This document shows, in pieces, positions 47,216 through 55,495 of a stretch of DNA of 64,000 bases (positions within the stretch are counted from its first letter, which is position 1; every line of letters begins with the position of its first letter). The position numbers and the translations under genes are program-made. The stretch is from assembly GCA_963792415.1 (NCBI GenBank), contig CAWBVY010000010.1, positions 32,001 through 96,000 on the forward strand. Direction: 5' to 3'. The notes below the pieces were generated by a model that searched no databases, was not told where the DNA came from, and saw nothing but the letters and a program-made list of their open reading frames with translations. Source of the DNA: Candidatus Deferrimicrobiaceae bacterium. GTDB taxonomy: Bacteria > Desulfobacterota > Deferrimicrobia > Deferrimicrobiales > Deferrimicrobiaceae.

Positions 47216-48257
47216 CCGTCGTCTTCCGGAAAAACGTCTCCCGCATGGAGGGGTACGTCCCCGGCGAGCAGCCGCGGGAGCGCGACTTCATCAAGCTGAA
47301 CACCAACGAGAACCCGTACCCCCCATCGCCGAAGGTGCGCCAGGCGATCCTCCGGGAACTCGGGGAGCCGCTGCGGCTCTATCCCGACCCGGGGTCCACC
47401 GCGCTGCGGCGGCAGGCCGCGCTGACGTACGGCTTCGACCTTCCGGGGGTGATCGCGGGGAACGGCTCGGACGACCTGCTGGCGATGATCGCGCGGGCGT
47501 TCGTGGGCGAGGGGGATCTCCTGGCGTGCCCCGTGCCCACTTACACGCTCTACGACACCCTCGTCCGCATCCAGGGGGGAAGCTCGCGGGGGTCCCGTAC
47601 CCGGACGACTACTCCCTCCCCCGCGGCCTTGCCGGGAAAAAGGCGCGCGTGACGATCGTGGCGAACCCGAATTCGCCGTCGGGGACCGCCGTGCCGGTCC
47701 GCGCGCTCGCGGAGCTCGCCGACGCCGTCCCCGGACTGCTGGTCGTCGACGAGGCGTACGCCGACTTCGCGGACGAGACGGCCCTCCCGCTCGCGCGGGA
47801 ACGGCGGAACGTGATCGTCCTGCGGACGCTCTCCAAGTCGTTCTCCCTCGCGGGGATGCGGATCGGGCTCGGGTTCGCTCCCCCTCGGATCATCGAGGGG
47901 CTGGACAAGGTGCGCGACTCGTACAACCTGAGCCGCCTGTCGATCGCGGCGGGGGTTGCGGCGCTCGCGGACACCGGGTGGATGGAACGGAACGCGGCGA
48001 GGATCCGGAAAACCCGCGAGGCCCTGGCGGCGGCCCTTCCCGGGGTGGGGTTCACGCCGTTCCCGTCGCAGAGCAACTTCATCCTCGCCCGGCGCGCTCG
48101 GGGAGGATCGGCCCGGCCGGTCTACGAGGCGCTCAAGCGCCGGAAGATCCTCGTGCGGTACTTCGACACCCCGCGGCTCGCGGGGTGTCTCCGCATCACC
48201 GTCGGGACGGACGACGAGGTCCGGGCACTCCTGGATGCGATGAAGCGGATCCGGTAG
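47212..48257 (+). CDS. hisC: Histidinol-phosphate aminotransferase; frameshift at the G run near 47575
   Basis: YVPGEQP, KLNTNENPYPPS, GNGSDD, then in another frame NPNSPSG, DEAY, RTLSKSFSLAGMRIG. Confidence 0.9.
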
Positions 48258-48284
48258 GTCCACGGAGGACCGGTCGCCGGCGCC

Positions 48285-49226
48285 TCACAGGGTCACGACC
48301 CAGTTCCCGCCGCTTTCCCGGTTCCTCCACCGCACCTCGAAGCCCCCGTCCGGCCGCCGCTCGACGGTCTGGAAGCAATACTCGACCCCGGTCCCCGACG
48401 GCCCGAACACGAACGCCTCGAAGACGCGCGGAAGCGGCAGGCGGGACAGGGCGGCCTCCCTCGCCGCGAGAAACGCCGCCCGGTCTTCCGCGAAAAACTC
48501 CGACGGGACGGGACCAGGCGCGCACCCCTTCGTTTCCATGAGGGAGAAGTTCGTGGCGCGCCAGGCGGAGTCGCCCCAGACCATCCGGGCGGAGACGACG
48601 ATTCCGCCGGGATCGGCGAAAGGGATGCGGGCGCACGCGATCTTGTCGGCGCGCAGTTTCCCGTCCGCGGAGATGTGGTAGAGGAAGTACGGCATCGGCC
48701 GGTTCTTGAGAACGGAAAGAGCCTCCGGGGCCTCGATGACCGGCGCCGGACCGTATCCCGCGTCGATGGCGGCGCGGCAGAGCGACGGGGACGGCTTTTT
48801 CCGCATCGCGCCGAACCCGAACCGGAAGGTCCCGGACGCGCGCTCCCCCTCCCCCAGCGGCAGGACCAGGCGGAAATGTCCGCGTCCCGGAGCGGGAGGA
48901 AGGTTCGACGTCTCCTCCTCGGGGATGCGGTAGAGATCCGCGATCGCGTCGTCCGAGGGAACGTCCATCTCGTACCACGGGGAGAACCGCTCCTCCCCGC
49001 CGCGAACGGTGGAGAAACGGTATCGCACGAGGATCCGCTCCCCCTCACCCGGCTCGGGGAGCGGAAGGTGCGCCACCCGTCGCCCGGGCGTCCCCGAAGG
49101 AACGACCGCCCGGGTGATCCGTCGCGCCGGCCCGGCGGGACCTCCGCGCAGCGTCACCTCGGCGTGCACCAGAACGATCTCCGGCGGTTCGGCGCCGTCC
49201 CGGTACTCTCGTCGAAGAAGGAGCAT
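48285..49226 (-). CDS. Hypothetical beta-rich protein
   Basis: 313-aa ORF with host-like codon usage and RBS GGAGG. Confidence 0.6.
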   Translation of the reverse strand: MLLLRREYRDGAEPPEIVLVHAEVTLRGGPAGPARRITRAVVPSGTPGRRVAHLPLPEPGEGERILVRYRFSTVRGGEERFSPWYEMDVPSDDAIADLYRIPEEETSNLPPAPGRGHFRLVLPLGEGERASGTFRFGFGAMRKKPSPSLCRAAIDAGYGPAPVIEAPEALSVLKNRPMPYFLYHISADGKLRADKIACARIPFADPGGIVVSARMVWGDSAWRATNFSLMETKGCAPGPVPSEFFAEDRAAFLAAREAALSRLPLPRVFEAFVFGPSGTGVEYCFQTVERRPDGGFEVRWRNRESGGNWVVTL

Positions 49227-49256
49227 TCCGAACCTCCTTGTGCCCGGGCTGGCGCC

Positions 49257-49637
49257 TCACTCGTACCCGAGGCGGGAGAGTTCCTCCTCGTCCATCCCGA
49301 AGTAGTGGCCGATCTCGTGAAGCAGCGTGATCCGGATCTGCCGGGACAACTCGGTCCGGTCCGGGAAATCCTCGATGAGCGGCCCCCGATAGACGGAGAT
49401 CCTGTCGGGAAGGAGACCGGAATCCTGGACCGACCGCGCGGGGAGCGGCACACCGTGGTAGTAGCCGTACAACGAGTCGTCCGGAGGGATCCCCAGCTCC
49501 TCGAGCAGGCTCCCCGGCGGCCACTCCTCCACGACCACGGCGACGTTCGTCAGCGCATCGTGGAACATCGGGGGAAGTTCCGAGAGCGCCTTCCGGAGCG
49601 CCGCGCTGAATTCGTCTTGCCCCCTTCTGTTCCGCAT
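49257..49637 (-). CDS. Zincin-like metallopeptidase (Zincin_1/DUF1025)
   Basis: LYG.Y.GVPL, PDRI..YRGP, LLHEIGHYFG. Confidence 0.9.
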   Translation of the reverse strand: MRNRRGQDEFSAALRKALSELPPMFHDALTNVAVVVEEWPPGSLLEELGIPPDDSLYGYYHGVPLPARSVQDSGLLPDRISVYRGPLIEDFPDRTELSRQIRITLLHEIGHYFGMDEEELSRLGYE

Positions 49638-49732
49638 CTCCCATCAGCCTCCTGCCCATCCTCCCGACACCGGGGTACCCCGGGGAGCGCGCTTCATGAG
49701 GGAGTGGGGCGGCCCTCCCTCCCCTCCGGTGC

Positions 49733-50356
49733 CTACTCCGCGCCGATCCCCTTGAGCGCCCTGAAAAAGGCGGACCACCCGTCGATGTTGGGCAGGATTT
49801 CCCCCTCCAGGATGTCCGCCACGGCGTTCCAGTCGCCCGCTTTCTGCGTCCGGAGCAGCCGTTGGAGGATTCCGGCGGTAGCCAGGGGGGGGGTCGGAAG
49901 CTCCCCCGTGCTACCGGAACGGGCGGCGAACGGGAACACGCCGGTCCCGATGGCGTTGAAGATCGCCCCGGCCAGCTCGAAGAACGTTCCCAGGGACTCG
50001 ATGCAGGCCGCGTATCGGGGACCCGCCGCCGCGAGGTCCCCCGCGCGCAGGGACGACAGGGTCGTCTCCACGTCGCGGCGGATGGTCAGGGAAAGGGCGA
50101 CGGCGCCGTCGAGGGCCTCGCGGAACAGGGCATCGGGGGTCGTCGTCGTGACGTCCACCGTGCCGACCTCCCCGACCGGCCGGTCGGCCATCTCCCGCTC
50201 GAACCGCGTCGAGATCTCCCGCCCGTCGGCGACGATCCGGGAGACGACCCGGCCCTGCGAGACCACCTTGCGCCCCGCCTCCGCGAGAACGGCGCCGAAG
50301 GTCGCTCCCGCCGTCAGGTCCAGGGAAACGTCGCAGCCGTCGATACGCAAACGCAT
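49733..50356 (-). CDS. Hypothetical protein of a type I associate with flagellar loci (from memory)
   Basis: RVVS.IVADG.E N-terminus and C-terminal DW..VADILE.EILP..W. Confidence 0.65.
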   Translation of the reverse strand: MRLRIDGCDVSLDLTAGATFGAVLAEAGRKVVSQGRVVSRIVADGREISTRFEREMADRPVGEVGTVDVTTTTPDALFREALDGAVALSLTIRRDVETTLSSLRAGDLAAAGPRYAACIESLGTFFELAGAIFNAIGTGVFPFAARSGSTGELPTPPLATAGILQRLLRTQKAGDWNAVADILEGEILPNIDGWSAFFRALKGIGAE

Positions 50357-50426
50357 GGGAAAAAGATACGCCAACGATGGGTGGCAGGCAACGGAAATCG
50401 GGCGGGACGGGAAACGGGGACGGTGA

Positions 50427-50630
50427 TCAGCGGGGGCGTTCGCGGAGTTCCCGGACGGCGTCGGAGACCATCTTCCCGGCGACCTGTTTCCCGTCGACCC
50501 GGTACGTTCCGTCCCGGAGGGCGGACCGGATCTCCTGGATCCGCCGTGCCCGACCCCCGGACAGCACCTCGACCGCCCGGCGCGTCTCGTCGAGCAGCGC
50601 ACCCCACTTCCCCCGATCGGAAACCTTCAA
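50427..50630 (-). CDS. flgM: Short anti-sigma28 factor FlgM
   Basis: R..RIQEIR.AL..GTY.VD...VA.KM core; RBS GGAGG + TTG; sigma28 promoter upstream. Confidence 0.8.
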   Translation of the reverse strand: MKVSDRGKWGALLDETRRAVEVLSGGRARRIQEIRSALRDGTYRVDGKQVAGKMVSDAVRELRERPR

Positions 50631-50676
50631 TGCCCCTCCGTTCCTCCACCGGCGGCGGGATGGCCGCGCACCCTCC

Positions 50677-50704
50677 TTATCGACGGACGGGATCGGAAAC
50701 TTTA
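50677..50704 (-). promoter_or_regulatory. sigma28 (FliA)-type promoter of flgM
   Basis: TAAAGTTT-N12-GTCGATAA versus consensus TAAAGTTT-N11-GCCGATAA. Confidence 0.7.
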
Positions 50705-50736
50705 CCCGGGAGGGACGATTCTGTACACTGGACCCG

Positions 50737-52134
50737 ATGAAAAAATCCCTCCTGATCGTCGAGGACGAGGAAGTCACGCTCGCCCTCCTTCGAAACGTGT
50801 TCGGGCGCTCCGACCTCCTGGTCCACGAGGCACGCACCGGGGAGGAAGCCCATCAGCACATCGATCAGCACCCCGTCGACGTGGTCCTCACCGACCTCAA
50901 GATGCCGGGAAAGGACGGGCTCTCCGTGCTCGCCCACGCCAGGAAGGTCCGTCCCGGGGCCGAGGTGATCCTCATGACGGGCCACGCGTCGGTCGAATCC
51001 GCCGTTCGGGCGATGAAGCTTGGCGCGTTCCACTACATCACGAAACCGTTCGACATCGACGAGGTCGCCCAGCTCGTGGACCGGGCCCTCGAGCTCGCCA
51101 GCGTGCGCAGGGAGAACGTGAACCTTCGCTCCCTGGCCCGCGGGCGGGGCGGGCTGGAGCATTTCATCGGCGTGAGCGACGCGACGAAGGAGGTCCTCTC
51201 CCTCGTCCGGAAGGTGGCGGACACCGACTCCACGGTCCTGATCACGGGGGAGAGCGGGACGGGGAAGGAGCTGATCGCGCGGGCGCTCCACTATCTTTCC
51301 CCGCGCTCCGAGCGGATGCTCGTCCCCATCAACTGCGCCGCCATCCCCGCCGAACTGCTGGAGAGCGAGCTCTTCGGTCACGTGAAGGGGGCGTTCACGG
51401 GGGCCCACGCGACGCGGGCGGGAAAATTCGAGGCGGCCCACAACGGCACGATCTTCCTCGACGAGATCGCGGAGATGAGCCCCCCCCTCCAGGCGAAGCT
51501 GCTCCGGGTGCTGCAGGAGAAGTCGGTAACCCCCGTCGGGGGGAACAGGCCGATCCCGGTGGACGTGCGCGTCATCACGGCGACCAACAAGGATCTCGAC
51601 GAGGAGGTCTCCGAGGGAAGGTTCCGCTCCGATCTCTACTTCCGCCTGAACGTCATCCCCATCCGCATTCCGCCGCTCCGGGACCGTCGCGACGACATCC
51701 CCATACTGCTGGAACATTTCCTCCGCAAGTACAACGTGGAGAAGGGGCGGGCGCTGGAAGGGGTGCGGCCGGAATCCCTCGAGATCCTGAGGCGCTACAC
51801 CTGGCCGGGAAACGTGCGGGAGCTGGAGAACCTCATCGAGCGGATCGTCGTCCTCAAGGGATCCGGATGGCTCGAGCCGTCGGACATACCGGAAAAGATC
51901 CGGCGGGCGGAACGGTTCCTCGAGAGCGCCATACCCGTGCTGGGAGATACGGGGCTCGACATCAGGAGCGCCACCGAGGACTTCGAGAACGCCCTCATCC
52001 GCCAGGCGCTGCATCTTTCGGGCGGGAACAAGAACCGCGCGGCCACCCTGCTGGGGCTGAAGCGGACGACCTTCGTGGAGATGCTGAAACGGAAGAGCCT
52101 CGACGCCGGTGAAGCCCCCGGCCCCGTGAGTTGA
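50737..52134 (+). CDS. sigma54-dependent response regulator (REC-AAA+-Fis HTH)
   Basis: VEDE, TDLKMP, GESGTGKE, GAFTGA, WPGNVREL, HTH ending LGLKRTTFVE. Confidence 0.95.
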   Translation: MKKSLLIVEDEEVTLALLRNVFGRSDLLVHEARTGEEAHQHIDQHPVDVVLTDLKMPGKDGLSVLAHARKVRPGAEVILMTGHASVESAVRAMKLGAFHYITKPFDIDEVAQLVDRALELASVRRENVNLRSLARGRGGLEHFIGVSDATKEVLSLVRKVADTDSTVLITGESGTGKELIARALHYLSPRSERMLVPINCAAIPAELLESELFGHVKGAFTGAHATRAGKFEAAHNGTIFLDEIAEMSPPLQAKLLRVLQEKSVTPVGGNRPIPVDVRVITATNKDLDEEVSEGRFRSDLYFRLNVIPIRIPPLRDRRDDIPILLEHFLRKYNVEKGRALEGVRPESLEILRRYTWPGNVRELENLIERIVVLKGSGWLEPSDIPEKIRRAERFLESAIPVLGDTGLDIRSATEDFENALIRQALHLSGGNKNRAATLLGLKRTTFVEMLKRKSLDAGEAPGPVS

Positions 52135-53348
52135 CCTCGCTCGAATCCCAGATCGAGGCGCTTACGACCCGGCTTCGCGAGGTCGAGGAGCAGCTCGCGC
52201 AGGCGCAGAGGATGGAGGCGATCGGGCGGCTGACCGGCGGGATCGCCCACGACTTCAACAACCTCCTGACCGGGATCCTCGGCTACTCTTCGCTCCTCAA
52301 GACGTTCCTTCCCGAAAACGGCCGGGGGTACGAGGCGGCCGCCTACATCGAACGGTCCGCCCGCCGCGCCTCCGAGCTGACCCGGCAGCTGCTCGCCTAT
52401 TCCCGGCGGGAGACCCCGAGGTTCCGTCCGGTGGATCTGCGGAAAGTGACCGGGGAGGCGATCGAGATCCTTGCCCGCTCCGTGAACAAGAACATCGAGA
52501 TCCACACCGACTTCCATCACCCCCAGGAACCCGTGACGGGGGACGCGGGGACCCTCGTCCAGGCGCTGCTGAACCTGGGAGTCAACGCCGCCGACGCCAT
52601 GCCCGGGGGAGGGCGCCTGACGTTCACCACCGCCCCCTTCGTTTCCGACGGGGAGACCTACCTGAACGACGTCCTCGTTCCCGAGGGGCGGTACGTCTCC
52701 ATCTGCGTGGCCGACTCGGGGTGCGGCATCCCGGAGGAGATCCGCGACGAGGTCTTCGCCCCCTTCTTCACGACCAAGGCGCCGGGCGAGGGGACGGGGC
52801 TCGGCCTCTCGATGGTGTACAGCTGCGTCCGCACCCACGGGGGATTCCTGCGCCTCGTGAGCAGCGTCGGCGTGGGCACGACGTTCCAGATCCTCCTCCC
52901 GGTCACGGAGGAGCCGGGGGATGCCGACGAACCGCGCGAGGCCGAGACGGAGGTCCCCCGGGGAACCGAGACCGTGCTCGTCGTCGACGACGAGGAGATC
53001 CCCCGGAACCTCCTGTGCGACGTGCTCCGCTCCCTGGGGTACACGACCCTGCCCGCCGCCTCCGGCGAGGAGGCGATCGAGATCCTTCGCTACGCGCCGG
53101 AAAAAGTGGACCTGGTGATCGTGGACCGGATCATGGCCGGGATGGACGGCTCCGAAACCTTCGCGCGTCTCCGCGCCATCCGTCCGACCCTCCGGACGAT
53201 CCTCTGTTCCGGGACCTCCGAAGCGGAGAGAACGCCCTCCGGCGCCGTCCCGGAAGGGTTCGACGATTTCCTCCAGAAGCCGTACGAGCGGGGGACGCTG
53301 GCCCGCAAGGTGCGGTCCGTTCTCGACGCAAGACCGTCAAATAATTGA
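52131..53348 (+). CDS. Hybrid histidine kinase (HisKA-HATPase-REC) with no sensor domain
   Basis: GGIAHDFNNLL, NAADAM, DSGCGI, PFFTTK..GEGTGLGL, C-terminal REC. Confidence 0.92.
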   Translation: MTSLESQIEALTTRLREVEEQLAQAQRMEAIGRLTGGIAHDFNNLLTGILGYSSLLKTFLPENGRGYEAAAYIERSARRASELTRQLLAYSRRETPRFRPVDLRKVTGEAIEILARSVNKNIEIHTDFHHPQEPVTGDAGTLVQALLNLGVNAADAMPGGGRLTFTTAPFVSDGETYLNDVLVPEGRYVSICVADSGCGIPEEIRDEVFAPFFTTKAPGEGTGLGLSMVYSCVRTHGGFLRLVSSVGVGTTFQILLPVTEEPGDADEPREAETEVPRGTETVLVVDDEEIPRNLLCDVLRSLGYTTLPAASGEEAIEILRYAPEKVDLVIVDRIMAGMDGSETFARLRAIRPTLRTILCSGTSEAERTPSGAVPEGFDDFLQKPYERGTLARKVRSVLDARPSNN

Positions 53349-53350
53349 CG
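53335..53350. promoter_or_regulatory. Putative enhancer (UAS) palindrome upstream of fliA
   Basis: CGTCAA-ATAA-TTGACG, about 95-110 bp upstream of the -24 box. Confidence 0.55.
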
Positions 53351-53415
53351 ATCTCTTGGGAGTTTTGACGCCCCGCCCGCCTGCCCGTCCGGTTCTTATT
53401 TAAATAACCGATACA

Positions 53416-53428
53416 TATCAATTGCTTA
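53416..53428 (+). promoter_or_regulatory. IHF-like binding site
   Basis: TATCAATTGCTTA matches WATCAANNNNTTR, in an AT-rich tract between the UAS and the sigma54 promoter. Confidence 0.6.
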
Positions 53429-53443
53429 TAGGTTTTAACCGGA

Positions 53444-53459
53444 TGGCACACCGTTTGCT
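53444..53459 (+). promoter_or_regulatory. sigma54 -24/-12 promoter of fliA
   Basis: TGGCAC-ACCGT-TTGCT, consensus match. Confidence 0.88.
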
Positions 53460-53512
53460 CTCCTACTGGTCGACACGATTCCTTACGACCCCAAGGGACG
53501 AGGGCAAACGCC

Positions 53513-54286
53513 ATGATGCAGGGACAGGCAGCGCTTTCCAAGGACAGGATCCGAAAGGCATCCCCCCGGAAATCCCGCAAACCCGACCGGGAAGCGATCG
53601 TCAACGACTTCCTCCCGAGCATCCGCATTCACGCCGCGCGCCTGAAGATGCGCATCCCTCCCCACATCGAGACCGACGATCTCGTCAGTTCCGGCGTCGT
53701 GGGACTGCTGGACGCGCTGAACCGGTACGACAACACCCGGGGGATCAAGTTCAAGACGTACGCCGAGTTCCGGATCCGGGGCGCCATGCTCGACTACCTC
53801 CGCGAGATGGACTGGTTCCCGCGGTCCGCGAGGCAGCACTCGACCCGGCTGCAGTCGACCTACACCCGGCTCGAAAACCTCCTCGGAAGGGCTCCCGAGG
53901 AAGAGGAGGTCGCGGAGAGCCTGGGGATAACCGTCGACGAGCTTCGCAAGCAGCTGGCGACGTTCATGGGGATGACCGTGTTCTCTCTCGACGCGCTCCA
54001 GGACGAGGAGGAGGAATCCGGCGCGGGGTGGCGTCACATCCTCGCCGAAGCGGCGATGGACGAGAGCCGGGAAGAGGAGCTCACCCGGGAACTGAAGGAC
54101 GTCCTCGGGAAGGCGATCGACATGCTCCCCGAGCGCGAACGGCAGCTGATCGCGTTCTACTACCAGGAGGACCTGACCCTGCGCGAGATCAGCCGGATCT
54201 TCGGGCTGGGCGAGCCCCGCGTCTGCCAGCTTCACGCGCAGGCGGTCCTGAGGCTGAAGGGAAAGATCAACCGTCACTTCCGGTAG
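53513..54286 (+). CDS. fliA: RNA polymerase sigma factor FliA/WhiG (sigma28)
   Basis: DDLVSSG.VGLLDA, FKTYAEFRIRGAMLDYLR..DW.PRS, RVCQLH. Confidence 0.95.
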   Translation: MMQGQAALSKDRIRKASPRKSRKPDREAIVNDFLPSIRIHAARLKMRIPPHIETDDLVSSGVVGLLDALNRYDNTRGIKFKTYAEFRIRGAMLDYLREMDWFPRSARQHSTRLQSTYTRLENLLGRAPEEEEVAESLGITVDELRKQLATFMGMTVFSLDALQDEEEESGAGWRHILAEAAMDESREEELTRELKDVLGKAIDMLPERERQLIAFYYQEDLTLREISRIFGLGEPRVCQLHAQAVLRLKGKINRHFR

Positions 54287-54348
54287 GTTCGCGCCGGTTC
54301 GTGGTAGGATGTCCGGACCCCCTGCAGTTTACAGGAAGAGGTCCGCGC

Positions 54349-54645
54349 TTGAAGGTTTCCAAAAGGTTTGCCACCCACGGCCTGAACGTCTCGATGTCCG
54401 TCTTCGTCGGTATATCCGTCTACGGGTTCCTCAAGTACGCGGAAGGCGGGTTCACCATCGTGCCATCCGTCTTCTCGCTCTCCACGCTGGCGTTTTCCGT
54501 CCTCATCGTCGCTTCGATCGCGGGCATCTGCTTCTTCGGGCACCAGCTCGACCTTCGCAACCTGGCGATTTACCGGGAGGAAGAGGCCCGCAAGGCCACC
54601 GACGCCGCGAAGCAGGGCCGCCGGAAACCCGTCAAGGGAGAGTAA
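54349..54645 (+). CDS. Small two-TM membrane protein downstream of fliA
   Basis: TTG start, two hydrophobic segments, charged tail, host-like codon usage. Confidence 0.6.
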   Translation: MKVSKRFATHGLNVSMSVFVGISVYGFLKYAEGGFTIVPSVFSLSTLAFSVLIVASIAGICFFGHQLDLRNLAIYREEEARKATDAAKQGRRKPVKGE

Positions 54646-55495
54646 AGAGCCGCTTCCGGAGCAGGTCGCGCACGGCTTCGGCCGGCGTCTCGCGCGCATG
54701 CAGGGGCGGGTCGCCAACCCCCGGGTGCAGCTCCTCGAGGCAGGGGCGGTCCTCCCGGCGGTACAGGACCCCGATCGGGATCCGCTCCTCCCACTCCAGC
54801 GACAGCTCCAACGCCCGCATCCGGTCGGCCGCATCATGGTCGGCCGGAAGCTTGTACACCATCTTCCCGTACCACTGGTACGTGTTTTTCTTGTTGAACG
54901 TGACGCACGGCTGCAGGATGTCGACCAGGGCGAACCCCTTGTGCGCGATCGCCTTGACCATCAGGTCGGCGGTGAACTCGACGTCGGCGGCAAGGCCGCG
55001 GGCGACGAACCCGCACCCCAGGGCAATCGCCGCGGCGAGCGGCGGGAAGGGGCCCGCGATGACTCCGGAGCGCTGAAGCGACCCGCTCCACCCGGGGTCG
55101 CTGGTGGGGGACGGCTGCCCCTTCGTAAGCCCGTACACCTGGTTGTCGTGGACGAACACGGCGATGTCCGGGTTGCGCCGGATATTGTGGACGAAGTGAT
55201 TCCCCCCCTCGCCGTAGATATCGCCGTCGCCGCTGGTCACCACGACGGTGAGCGACGGATTGGCCATCCTGATCGCCAGCGCGGCGGGAAGGGCGCGGCC
55301 ATGGAGCCCGTTGAAGACGTTGACGTCCACGTGGTGCGGCAATTTCGCCGCCTGCCCGATCCCTGAGACGAGGACGATCCCGTGCTTCGGCTTTCCCGTC
55401 CGCTCCAGCGCTTTTTTCACCGCTTCGAGGATCGGGAAGTTCCCGCACCCCGGGCACCATGCGCTCTCCACATCCGTGTCGAAGATTCCGCTCAT
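54632..55495 (-). CDS. 2-oxoacid:ferredoxin oxidoreductase beta subunit
   Basis: WCPGCG, LHGR, GDGD...GGNH, YGLTKGQ, QPCVTF. Confidence 0.95.
   Translation of the reverse strand: MSGIFDTDVESAWCPGCGNFPILEAVKKALERTGKPKHGIVLVSGIGQAAKLPHHVDVNVFNGLHGRALPAALAIRMANPSLTVVVTSGDGDIYGEGGNHFVHNIRRNPDIAVFVHDNQVYGLTKGQPSPTSDPGWSGSLQRSGVIAGPFPPLAAAIALGCGFVARGLAADVEFTADLMVKAIAHKGFALVDILQPCVTFNKKNTYQWYGKMVYKLPADHDAADRMRALELSLEWEERIPIGVLYRREDRPCLEELHPGVGDPPLHARETPAEAVRDLLRKRLFTLP

Noticed and set aside
47570-47585. Programmed frameshift in hisC at GGGGGGAAG
   Set aside because: A homopolymer indel is more parsimonious given the other indels in the window
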